A DNA stretch of 64,000 bases, taken from Dictyostelium discoideum. Taxonomy: Eukaryota. The notes under the pieces are model-generated. The model was given only the letters and a program-made list of their open reading frames with translations, ran no database searches and was not told where the DNA came from. Of this stretch, positions 1 through 16,349 are shown piece by piece. The stretch spans positions 384,001 to 448,000 of the forward strand of contig CM000150.2 in the NCBI GenBank assembly GCA_000004695.1, read 5' to 3'. Within the stretch, counting starts at the first letter, position 1. Each line of letters opens with the position of its first letter. Made by a program: the position numbers and the translations under genes.

Positions 1-2
1 CA

Positions 3-1211
3 ATTAGAAGAGAGATTGAATGGTGTTCAGATAATTTATCAACGATTTTCGCACAATGGCAAAACTTATTCAGACCATCATTTTGGAGATTATTAATTGA
101 TCTTTACAGATTCTCAAAAGATGGTCCATTGATTGTAACACCAGAGAATTTAGAAAAGTATAAAAATATGTCAGTTCGTCAATATTGTGAAATCAATGGT
201 TACTCTAGAGCATTCATAGAATACTATTTAATTCCAGTTGCATCAGCAGTTTGGTCAACAAGTTTCAAAGAAGTTGACCTTTTCCCAATTGTTACATTGG
301 CACGTTTCTTTCAAAATCATGGTCTTTTTAAAATTGTAAATCGTCCACAATGGAATTCTGTCCAAGGTGGTAGTTATCAATATATGGAAAAAATTAAAGA
401 ATTTTTAGAATCAAATGGTGGTAAAATTTTATTATCATCACCAGTTTCAAAAGTTGTTAGATCAAAGAATACTCAAGATGGTGTTTTCATTACAACAACA
501 ACTACAACTACCAATGGTACTACTACTGATACTGCTACTACAAATACTCAACATTTTGATAGAGTTGTATTTGCTTGTCATACACCAGACATTTTCCCAA
601 TGTTAACTGATATGACATATCCAGAGAGAAAAGTATTGAGTGGATTTAAATTCACTCATTGTCTTGCATATCTTCATAGTGATCCATTGTTAATGCCACG
701 TCGTAGAAGTACATGGTCAAGTTGGAATTATATTTATGATGATAGTTCATTGACAGAGAATAAATTATGTTGTACCTATTGGTTAAATCGTATTCAACCA
801 TGGGTGAATGCAGAAAAGTATCCACTTTATTTAACTTTAAATCCAGTATTTCAACCAAACCCATCACTATTACATCGTGTCATTGAATATGATCATCCTT
901 TGATTTGTCCCGAGAGTGATAAAGCCAAATCTCGTTTACCAACAATTCAAGGTATTAGAAATTCATTTTATTGTGGTGCTTGGACTGGTTATGGTTTCCA
1001 TGAAGATGGTATCACCTCTGGTTTATTGGCTGCTCAATTAATTGATCCAAGTTTAAATAAACTTTGGAAAGTTGATGTCACTCGTTATATCGATGAATTC
1101 CCTTCAAATCCTGATAAAACAACTTTAACAATCTTTAAAAATATTTTATATTTTTCAACTTTATTAACTTTAATTTATTATTCAAAACCAATTTTAAATA
1201 AATTTAAATAA
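3..1211 (+). CDS. FAD-dependent amine-oxidase-like oxidoreductase, C-terminal ~400 aa. The 5' end is truncated by the window edge, and frame 3 is open from base 3. It belongs to the bacterial family usually found next to cyclopropane-fatty-acid synthase. It has a Thr-rich insert and a hydrophobic C-terminal tail.
   Basis: The ORF track entry 129..1211 begins at a TTG, not a real start; the same frame is open back to nucleotide 3. Diagnostic motifs are AVWSTS, RPQWNSVQGGSYQYMEKI, FACHTPD and LMPRRRSTWSSWNY, characteristic of this bacterial amine-oxidase-like flavoprotein family. Confidence 0.6.
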   Translation: MRREIEWCSDNLSTIFAQWQNLFRPSFWRLLIDLYRFSKDGPLIVTPENLEKYKNMSVRQYCEINGYSRAFIEYYLIPVASAVWSTSFKEVDLFPIVTLARFFQNHGLFKIVNRPQWNSVQGGSYQYMEKIKEFLESNGGKILLSSPVSKVVRSKNTQDGVFITTTTTTTNGTTTDTATTNTQHFDRVVFACHTPDIFPMLTDMTYPERKVLSGFKFTHCLAYLHSDPLLMPRRRSTWSSWNYIYDDSSLTENKLCCTYWLNRIQPWVNAEKYPLYLTLNPVFQPNPSLLHRVIEYDHPLICPESDKAKSRLPTIQGIRNSFYCGAWTGYGFHEDGITSGLLAAQLIDPSLNKLWKVDVTRYIDEFPSNPDKTTLTIFKNILYFSTLLTLIYYSKPILNKFK

Positions 1212-1334
1212 AAAAAATTTCTTTTTTTTTCCAAATTTAATTATAAAAATAGTTTTTTTTTTTTTTTTTTTGAATATGCAATGAGAGGGGTGGGGTCATT
1301 GTTTTTTGATTTTTTCACTTTTTTTTTTTCACTA

Positions 1335-1365
<31 letters not shown>

Positions 1366-1502
1366 TTTTTTTTTTTTTTTTTTTCTAATTTTTTTTTTTT
1401 AATTTTTTTTTATATTTTTTTTTATTTTAGCGAATCATTATAAAAAGTTCTCAACATTTGAATAAATTAAATTTATCAAATTTAAATCTAAATATATATA
1501 TA

Positions 1503-1941
1503 ATGTCACAACAAAAACAGCAACTTACAGAGAATCAAATTATTGAACATTATAAAGATTTAAAATCACAACAACAACAAATTATAAGTAGAATTTCAGA
1601 GTTTGAATCAGATGTAGGTGAATATGGTTTAGTTATAAATGCAATTCAAAATTTAGAATCAAATAGAAAATGTTTCAGAATGGTTGGTGGTGTTTTGGTA
1701 GAAAGAACTGTTGGTGAAGTTTTACCACAAATTAAACAAAATAGAGATGGTGTAACTATTTTTTTTTTTTTAATTTTCAAAATATTATTATTATTTAATT
1801 TAATAATACTAATTTTTTTCAAAATAAATAAATTTATAGATTAAAGAAGTTGTAAAGAAATTAGATGAAAATCTTTCAATTAAAACAAAAGAATTAAATG
1901 ATTTTGTAGCTTTATATAAAATAAAAATAACTTCACAATAA
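1503..1941 (+). CDS. pfdn2: Prefoldin subunit 2, two exons: join(1503..1751, 1840..1941). The 88-bp intron runs GTAACT...ATAG.
   Basis: MSQQKQQLTENQIIEHYKDL...RKCFRMVGGVLVERTVGEVLPQIKQNRDG matches the prefoldin beta-type core. The ORF track reads on into the intron (poly-T, then a stop). After splicing at 1751/1840 the frame continues IKEVVKKLDENLSIKTKELNDFVALYKIKITSQ* to a stop at 1939-1941. Confidence 0.8.
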
Positions 1942-2295
1942 ATTAAAAAAAATAAAAAAAAAAAAAAAAAAAATAAAATAAAAATTGGATTGAATCTTTT
2001 ATTTTTATTATTTGTTGTTTATATACCAAAAGATAATATTAATTTTGGATAATTGGGTTTATTATATATATTTCAATTTAAATTATTATTATTATTTAAA
2101 TTTAATATATAATATTTCAAAAGTTGTGGATAAAAATAAAAATCAAAATCAAAATCAAAATCAAAATAAATATTTATTTAGTTTAGTTTTATTTTATTTT
2201 ATTTCTTTTTAAAATTTATTTATTTACAAAAAAAAAAAAAAAAAAAAAAAAGAGATTTTTTTTTATTTACATTTTTTGATATTTTTTAAAATTAA

Positions 2296-3553
2296 TTAAA
2301 TATCAAGATTGATTAAACCTAAAGATTTTAATAAACCCTTATTTTTACAATGATTTTGATGAAAACAACAAATACAACCCAATTCATCAGATAAATGAAC
2401 ACCTTTATCACAATTTTCTTCACAACTTGTACATTTATTCAATTCTGAAGATTTACTAATGATAATACCTAAATGATCGAAAATTTCTTCACAACTACCA
2501 GTACCACCTTCAACAGAGTCAACTAAAAACATTGAATTTGAGGAAGAATCATTATTATTATTATTACTATTACTATTAAAAGATAATGATTCTAATTTGG
2601 TTATAAAATTTAATGATTCTTCAATATCATTCTTTGGTGAAATTACTAATGGAATAGTCGAAAGTATTTGATGAATCATTGTATGTAATGAAACTCTTGT
2701 ATCACCCATCTCTAAAAGATCAAAAATCTTTGAATCATATTCTTTTCTATCAATTGTTAATGATCTTTGAAGTTTATTTCTTAATTCTTCGATTTTTTTA
2801 TTAAAAATTGGTTTAAAAATATCTCTTTTAAAATTATAATTTTAAAATAAATAAATAAATAAATTAATATAAACATATATATTTTTTGTTTTTTTTTTAA
2901 CAAATTAATTTTATATACTTTACCTAGTGGAATTTGTAAATGAAAATTCAATACATGGTGCTTCAAAATTAATTTGTAATGGTTGTTTTAATTGAATATT
3001 TTCAATTTCAGGTTTTGATTGACGATTTTGATCATCATAATTATTTGAATTACTAAAAGTTTTCTTTTCATATGAACCAACAGAAGTTGTATAGATACCA
3101 ACACCAAATGAAACTAATAATTTTACTTGAGAATTTGATTTAAAATTGAAAAAAGATTGTTTTAAAATTTGTTTCATTTCAACTGTATTTATTTTATTTG
3201 CAGTTGTAACAATACGAACACTCTTTGGAAAATGAATTGGTTTTACAATTGCAAAACTATTTGAATATTCATTATTATTATTATTATAATTTTTATTATT
3301 GTTTGTAGTATTTAATGAAAGTTCTAAAACTTCAAAATGTGAAATTGGGCCACTATTATTTCTAAAACTTTCAGTATTATGAGTCATAAATATTGAACCA
3401 GGGAATAAACGTGTTATACTTTGAGATTTTGAAACTTTTTCAATGATATCACCATTAATTGAATTTAATTTAACATTTACAATATCATTTGTACCTGAAC
3501 CACCTCTTAATGATATTGATAAATGATGATAATCATTAGATTTCCATAAACCA

Positions 3554-3594
<41 letters not shown>

Positions 3595-5333
3595 TATTGA
3601 TTGTAAATAAATTTTATTATTATTTAATAAATTTTGTAAAATTAATTGAGAATTTGGACCAAAAAGTTTTAAAAGATAATTATAATTTGATTGTATACCA
3701 ATTTCAGAAGTTGCACAAAGTAAATGTGATGATAAAATATTTGGAAAATCACCATTGAATGAAAGTTTTTCAGCTTCACCTTCATAGAGTGACATTGGAT
3801 TATTTGAAAAGAATTTGTCTAATGGACTATAGTAATCTGGTATGTATAGTACTAAACCAAGTTTTGATCTACCTACTCTACCAACACGTTGTTTCCAACT
3901 CATTTTACTACCAGGATAACCAATGATTAGACATGCATCCAACTCTGAGATATCGACACCTGCCTCCAATGCATTGGTTGATAGGATTACATTTACATTA
4001 CCACGTTTCAATTGTTCCAATGTTTCCTTTTTATGAGCGGCTGATAACGATGCGTAATAGGGTCTTACCAATTTAGCTTTCTGTGAGAATTTACCATCAT
4101 TTGAAAAACTTTCATATAGAGTATTCAATGATTTAATTGTATTAAAGAATACAATACCCTTTATACCATACTGAATCCAATTGTTTATAATTATCGATGG
4201 TAAATAAAATGAATTTTTAGTTGGTCTAAGTGTTAGAAATACTTTTCCAAATGATCCCGAACCATTTCTATCGATTAAATGTAATCTTTGAGGTGACTCA
4301 TTTTGTCTACTAATGGTTTTTAATCCAATTTCAATTGGATTACCAACTGTAGCTGATGCCATTAAAAATTGTAATCTATTACTATTTAAAAAATTGATTT
4401 TTGAATTTAAATTAAAATGATAGTTTTGAATACGTCTAATTAAATTTATAAAATGACAACCCAATGCGCCAGAATATGTATGAATTTCATCTAAAACTAT
4501 GAAACGAAGATCGCTGAACCATTTTCTCCAACTATCATCCGAACCACTTTTTAAACCACCTCTATAGAGTTGATAATGTAACCAATCGGGACTTGTTAGG
4601 ATGATGTCGGGTTTGGTTGACTTATTTGAAAATAGTCTTGATAATGAATCTTTTTGAGTATCACGACTAAAACTATTAATATTTAAACGTAAATCAATGG
4701 GTAACATTTGATTCAACCTATTGATTGAGTTTAATTGATCATTTGCCAATGCATTCAATGGTACTAAAAACATTGCACTTGGAGTTTTAATTAAGGGTTG
4801 TTTTAAAACGTTTTGAGAGATTTGTAAATTCTTTAATTTTGCTTTTAATATCTCTTCAAATATCGGTAGAAATAAACAAAGTGTTTTACCACTTGATGTT
4901 GGTGTTGTAATAATAACATCATCACCTTGTATTACCTTTGAACGACATTCCAATTGATGACTATAAAGTTTATTATAACCCATTGATCTTAATACTCCAC
5001 TCAATATTGATGGTATCTCTTTTGGAATTTCCAATAAATTTGGTTCTTGATGTTCCGTACAATATAAATGAGTAATTGTACCTTTTAATGAAATTGCTAT
5101 CTTTTTAAATGGTTCATGTTTAATATTTTCTTCAATTTCTTCTTCTTTAATTAATATTTCATTATTATTATTATTATTGCTATTGTTATTATTAAATAAT
5201 TTATTATTTAATAATGATTCATTAATTTGTTGTTGTTGTTGTTGTTGTTGACTCGAATTTGATTTATATGATTGTATGAAACTATCAAATGATTTATTTA
5301 TATCTTCATTCTTACTTTTTATACTATTTATTG

Positions 5334-5421
<88 letters not shown>

Positions 5422-5785
5422 TACACTATTTACACTATTTACAATTGAGTTACTATTTGAATTACTATTTCTATTATCCAAATTATTTATATCATTAAAA
5501 TCATTATCATCAAATTCAAACTCGAAATCATCTTCAATTGTTACCGATGTTGTATCAATGTTTGATTGTTTATTATCATTATTGCTATTATTATTATTAT
5601 TATTATTGACATTAATTTTATTGTTGTTACAATTACTATTTTTATTTTCTTCATCATCGTCAAAGGGATCAAATGGTTTTGTTGAAGTTGGTTGGTTTTG
5701 AATTAAAGGTGTTGTTCTTTTTTGAAATGATATATGGTTTGATGCTTTATTGAAGTTATTATTATTATTATTATTATTAATATTG

Positions 5786-5822
<37 letters not shown>

Positions 5823-6186
5823 TATTATTATTGTGATTACTTATATTATTGATATTAACATTATTATTAGGTATTAAACTGTTGAAGGATAGAGCAGGTA
5901 AATCAAATGGTGATAAATCAGAATCTGAAATAGGTTGGTTACTACTATTGTTTTGTTGTGATGGAAAATTTAGGGAATATTTTGCTTTATTTTCGTTATT
6001 ATTATTATTATTATTTATATTATTACTATTATTAGTTGAGAAAGAACCAAATTGTCTTTTTGAATTATTTCTAACATTTGAATCTAAACCATTTAATAAT
6101 TCTTGTTGAGAAAATAATCTTTTCTTTGGGTTTATAAAATCATTTTTATAACTATCACTATCACTAATTTTATTATTTATATTCAT
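2296..6186 (-). CDS. Hrq1/YprA(MrfA)-like DExH-box ATP-dependent helicase with a C-terminal Cys-rich (DUF1998/MZB-type) zinc module, two exons: complement(join(2296..2824, 2924..6186)). About 1263 aa. The N-terminal ~400 aa are poly-Asn/Gln low complexity.
   Basis: Helicase motifs in the 1088-aa ORF are TPTSSGKTL (Walker A), DEIH (motif II), MASAT (motif III) and QRVGRVGRS (motif VI). On the minus strand the apparent stop TAA at 2920-2922 sits inside ACTAG|GTAAAG, a canonical donor. A 99-bp intron ends at ...TTTTAAAAG| and joins in phase to ...RDIFKPIFNKKIEELRNKLQRSLTIDRKEYDSKIFDLLE. That segment continues into the 137-aa ORF MGDTRV..., which carries CTSCEENC...CICCFHQNHC. Confidence 0.8.
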
Positions 6187-6201
6187 ATTAATTTAAAAAA
6201 C

Positions 6202-6244
<43 letters not shown>

Positions 6245-6445
6245 AAAAAGTGTATCCAACCTATGAAAAAAATTATTTTAAATAAACCAAAAAAAAAAAA
6301 TAAAATAAAAAAAAAAATAAAAAAAAAAATAAAATAAAAAGTGAAATTTTTTTTTTTTGATTTCCTAGAAATCTAAATGGGTTATTTTTAAAATATGTTA
6401 CCAAAAAAAGAAATAAATAATTATCAAGTTTTGATTTTGTTTTTA

Positions 6446-11584
<5,139 letters not shown>

Positions 11585-11593
11585 TATAATTAA

Positions 11594-11631
<38 letters not shown>

Positions 11632-11714
11632 GAAGATTAAAAAAAAAAAAAAAAATTGAGTTAATTAAATTAAATATATGTTTTAATTCTTTTTTTTTTT
11701 TTTTATTTATTTTT

Positions 11715-13021
11715 TTAGATTATTGAAAATTCTTTTTTTTCATCACCATCATCAAAAGGTAAAAAGAAAGAATCAATAAAAGATTGATTTATATCATATA
11801 TTGATGAAGGTGAATAAATTGGTTTATGAGTTTTATCAATTAAAGTTTTGAAAACACCTTGAGTTAAATCTTGTCTATTGCCCAATCTAGTACCAACCCT
11901 GACTTCCATTTGAAAGATTTGATCAATATTCATTTGTAAAGCACGTTTAATAATTTCAAATGAGACACAAACTGATGTCGGACATAATTGATCTAATAGT
12001 ATAGATAATGTTTTTGAAGCCCATTCAATTTCATCTTTATTGTTTTTATTATCCACATTTTCAATCTCCACTTTCAATTGATTCAATATCTCTTTCACTG
12101 ATTTAAATTCTTTATTATTAAAACATCTATTAATTATTGATTGATAAAGAACTAAATGAGAAGACTCTTTATCAGGATACAATGTCTTTCTATACTTATT
12201 TAAAATGAATTCAATTTGTCTATAACCTTCAATATCATCATCATTACATAACTCTTCCAATGTTCTTTCAAATAATTCATTTGGTATATAATGAGTTGCC
12301 AATTTCACATTTATCAAATCTTTTGAATTTATCTTTACCCCAACCATTGCTAAATATAATCCAATTGAACCAAGTCTAGATAAAAAATAACTTGTACCCA
12401 CATCTGGAAAATATCCAATTCTATTCTATATTTTCAATAAATTTATATTAGAGAAACATAAGATCCTATGTAGTAGTAGTAGTATTAGTAGTATTGGTAG
12501 TGTACACTTACTTCAGGCATTGCCCATTGAACATTATCACCTATAATTCTATGACTAGAATGTATGCTTAGACCTACACCACCACCCATGACAATACCAT
12601 TAACGAATGATAGAATTGGTTTATTAAATGTATGAATTAAATGATCCATTGCATATTCTACTCTAATGAATTCATTAACACCAGCTGATGAGCGTGACAA
12701 TTGTGAAAACTCTTTAATATCACCACCTGAACAAAATGATTTCTCTGTACTACTATTTATTATTACAAATTTACAATTATCATCATTATTAAATTCTTTA
12801 AGTTTTTCTGATAAAAATTTTAACATTTCCATAGTTAATGAATTCAATGCTTCACTTCTATTTAATATTATTCTTTTACATCCATTTTTATATTCTATAA
12901 TTTTAATTTTATTATTTTCCATTTCTTTTAAAACATTATTATTATTATTAAATTGTTTTTGTTGTGGTTGTGGTTGTAGTTGTGAAAATAATAAATGGTT
13001 TTTAATAATTTCTATTCTATT

Positions 13022-13024
<3 letters not shown>
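11715..13024 (-). CDS. 3-hydroxyisobutyryl-CoA hydrolase (crotonase/enoyl-CoA hydratase superfamily), paralog A. Two exons: complement(join(11715..12425, 12512..13024)). About 407 aa.
   Basis: KSFCSGGDIKEF and GIVMGGGVGLSIH are crotonase oxyanion-hole motifs, followed by WAMPE. The donor is GAA|GTAAGT at 12511. An 86-bp intron has its acceptor ...AAAATATAG| at 12426, and exon 2 starts NRIGYFPDVGTSYFLSRLG (the HIBCH catalytic Asp region). The ORF-track tail 'VSVHYQYY*' is intron read-through. Confidence 0.8.
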
Positions 13025-13063
<39 letters not shown>

Positions 13064-13720
13064 TTAAAAATATTAAAAAAAATGAAAAAATACAAATAAA
13101 GCATTAAAATGAATTTTATTATAACATTTTTTTTTTTTTTTTTACACAAAAATTTTTTTTTCTAATGAAAAAACTTTTTTTTTTAAAAATATCTTTTTTA
13201 TTTTTATGACGATAATGATCGGAAATTAAAAAAAAAAAAAAAATTTTGAAAATACATATGTATTTTTTTTATTTTATTTTTTTTTTATTTTCGATTATTC
13301 AAATAAGGGGAATCGCATAGAAAATAAAAAAAAAAAAAAAAAGGCGACAAACCACTTTAATGCCGAAATTTTTACATCCAACCACCCTTATATTCAAATT
13401 AATAATATTAACTTTTTTAAAAAAAATATTATGACTCAATCTGTGAATTATTATATATATATTTTGGAGTGTTTCAGATATTATCTTTGGACATTCCAAA
13501 CATGTTATCTTACTTGGCTTAGCTCAAAATAGAACCATAGGTACAGGTAGAATTTTATCAGTTAATATTTATGAATCATGTGAGATGACAACGCTATCTA
13601 ATGGCTGTAAGATACGAGTTGTACTAGATTTTAAATTAATCATGTTTATTAAATATCTACAATTTCCATAAAACAAATAATTAATTTTAATTTTTTTTAT
13701 CTTTAAAATTTCTCCTTTTT

Positions 13721-13784
<64 letters not shown>

Positions 13785-13799
13785 TTTACAATTAGATTT

Positions 13800-14340
13800 A
13801 ATTAAATCTATAGCAAATATCATACTTTAAATAATTAAATCTTTTTTAAAAAAATTTTATCTTCCCTCCACCCCTCAACCCTTTTTTATTTTTAAAAAGA
13901 GTTTAAAAAAAAAAAAAAAAAAAGTAAAAATTGTTTAAAATAGAAATGTAATAATTAGTATTTTATTACACACTTTTAAATATTTATTATTTTTAAAATT
14001 AATTATTAAATTTGAAATATTGTGGAAATTAAAAAAAAAAAAAAAAAGTTTAAACTTTATCCACTCCTTATTTCTTATAAAATTTCTTCGCTTTTTTCAA
14101 AATAAAAAAAAAAAATTCTTTTTTTAAATAATTATTAGATGCCATATAATAAAACTGAAATAAATTTTCATACTTAATTAAATCTTTTTTTATTTTTTTT
14201 CAAAATTTTTATCTCCTTTTTAAAATAAAAAGTCAAAATTGTTTAAGAATTGAAAAATTAGTATTTTCACACATTTGAATAATAATATTTTTTTATTTTC
14301 AAAATTAATAAATAAATACCTCAATTTTAAAAAAAATAAA
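13800..14340. repeat. Two diverged ~190-bp direct repeats (about 13800-14030 and 14150-14340, roughly 70% identity) in the spacer between the two HIBCH paralogs.
   Basis: Both copies share CATACTT(T/A)A.TTAAATCTTTTTT...TTTATCT(T)CC...GT(A/C)AAAATTGTTTAA...ATTAGTATTTT..CACA...TTTTCAAAATTAAT. Confidence 0.5.
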
Positions 14341-14416
14341 AAAATAAAAAAAATTTTAAAATTTATGATTATTTACTTCTTATTTTAGATAGATTTTTTT
14401 TATTTCTTTTTATTTT

Positions 14417-15601
14417 TTATTTATATAATTTTTTATGATAAAAAAGTTCTTTTTTTTCATTATCAAATGGTAAAAATAATGAATCAATATATGATTGGTC
14501 AACGTCATATATTGATGAGGGAGAGAATTTTGGTTTAAAAGATTTATCAATTAAAGCCCCATTGATGCCTTGAAATAAGTCTTTTCTTGAACAAATTCTA
14601 TTACCAATTCTATTGTCATTAATTAAAATTTCTTTTAAATCTAAATTTAAAGAACGATGTACACTATTGAATGAAACACAGATTGAAGTTGGACATGAAT
14701 TCATTAAAGTAGTAACAGTTTTAACTAACCATTCTTTTTCATTTGGATTATTATTTTCAAGTAATTCTTTATTCAATTTATTAAATATTTCTGAAACTGA
14801 ATTAAATTTTGTATTAAAACATCTTTGAATAATTTTATTATATTTCACAATATGGGATGTCTCTTTAGTAATTTTTAAATTTCTTTTATATTTATTTAAT
14901 ATAAAATCAATATCATTTTTATTTGATATATTTGGTGATAAACACAAATCATTTGTAACTTGATTAAATAAATGAAATGGTATATGATTTTGAACAAGAC
15001 CAAGCTTTAATAAATCTGGTGAATTAATAAAATTTCCAACCATTGCCAAATATAAACCAATTGCACCTAATTTAGAAAGGTAGTAACTAGTACCGACATC
15101 TGGAAAGTATCCAACCTTATTCTTAAAATTTTAAAAATTTTATAATTAGTAAAAATGAAAATAATAATTTAATATTCCCCACCAACTTACTTCTGGCATT
15201 GACCATTTAACATTTTCACTAACAATTTTATGACTACAATTAATACTTATACCAACACCACTACCAATTACAAATCCATTGATTAATGAAATAATTGGTT
15301 TTTTAAAATTGTGAATTAAATCAACAAGAGAATACATTGATGAAAGTATTGGAGTGACTCCTTCTGATGTATTTGATTTTTCAACCAACTCTTTTAAATC
15401 ACCACCAGTGGAAAATGATTTATTATTGTTACTACTTAATAAAACAAATTTAGTTTCCGGATCATTATTATATTCATTTAATTTATTAAATAAATCAATT
15501 GACATATTTAAATTTAAAGAATTTAATGATTCACTTCTATTTATTAATATTTTTCTACTTCCATTTTTAAATTCTTCAATTAAAATATTTTTTAAATTCA
15601 A
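14417..15601 (-). CDS. 3-hydroxyisobutyryl-CoA hydrolase-like, paralog B. A diverged tandem duplicate with two exons: complement(join(14417..15121, 15191..15601)). About 371 aa.
   Basis: Same architecture as paralog A: KSFSTGGDLKEL, GFVIGSGVGISIN, WSMPE|GTAAGT. A 69-bp intron is followed by NKVGYFPDVGTSYYLSKLGAIG. The intron sits at the same position as in paralog A. The oxyanion-hole residues have diverged (FCSGG to FSTGG, MGGGVG to IGSGVG). Confidence 0.75.
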
Positions 15602-16225
15602 TAATTTTTTTTTTTTTTTTTTTTTTTTGTTTTTTTTTTTTTTTTAATTTATTTTTTTAATTAATAATAATAGAAATTTCTATTTAAAATTATTGTATTT
15701 TTTTAGATTTTGTTATTTTTGTTTTAATTAAATTTGTTTTTTTTTTTAAACTAAAAATTTTACTTAAGTTTTCTGTTTTCTGGTTTTTTTTTTTTTTTTT
15801 CGGAAAATAGCATTACTTTAAAAAAATAAATATTAATTTATTTTAATTAAATTTGGAAAAAAAATAATATATTAGATCCTACCAACAGGATTTTTTTTTT
15901 TTGTAAAATTTTAGTAGATAATTTGATTAAAATTTTAAAAGTGGGAAAAAATAAAGTGGGAATTTTTGAAAAAAAAAAAAAAAAAAGAAAATAAATAATA
16001 AAAATATGGAAATTTGTCGCCTATTGTATGGGATTATAATTTTTTTATAAAATTTAAACTATTAAGATTAAAATTTTTTTTTTTTTTTTTTTTTTAAGGC
16101 CAGATAATGAAATACCTAAATATAAAATTAACAAGTAAAAAAAAATAGAAACTTAAAATTTATTTTAAAAACATTATTTCCTTTTTTTTTGTTTAATTTT
16201 ATTTTATTAAAATTAAAAATTTAAA

Positions 16226-16262
<37 letters not shown>

Positions 16263-16349
16263 TTAATTAATTTTTTAAATTTGTTAATTTTTTTATTTTA
16301 TTTTATTTTATTTTTTTTTTTTTTATTTTTTTAATTATATTTCCTTTAT

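Noticed and set aside
5276-6109. Plus-strand ORFs encoding poly-L, poly-Y and poly-F peptides (5276..5701, 5289..5498, 5849..6109).
   Set aside because: They are antisense to the poly-Asn/Gln-encoding (AAT/CAA)n tracts of the Hrq1-like gene. They are low-complexity artefacts.
12666-13067. Plus-strand 133-aa ORF overlapping HIBCH paralog A exon 1 (and similarly 14613..14828 and 15354..15647 over paralog B).
   Set aside because: The minus-strand frames carry clear crotonase motifs. The plus-strand ORFs end in poly-F from the promoter poly-A tracts.
13299-13823. Minus-strand ORFs 13299..13499 and 13569..13823 in the HIBCH spacer.
   Set aside because: They run through poly(A)/poly(T) tracts (poly-F). 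There is no coding-like composition apart from a short 13500-13660 segment of unknown meaning.
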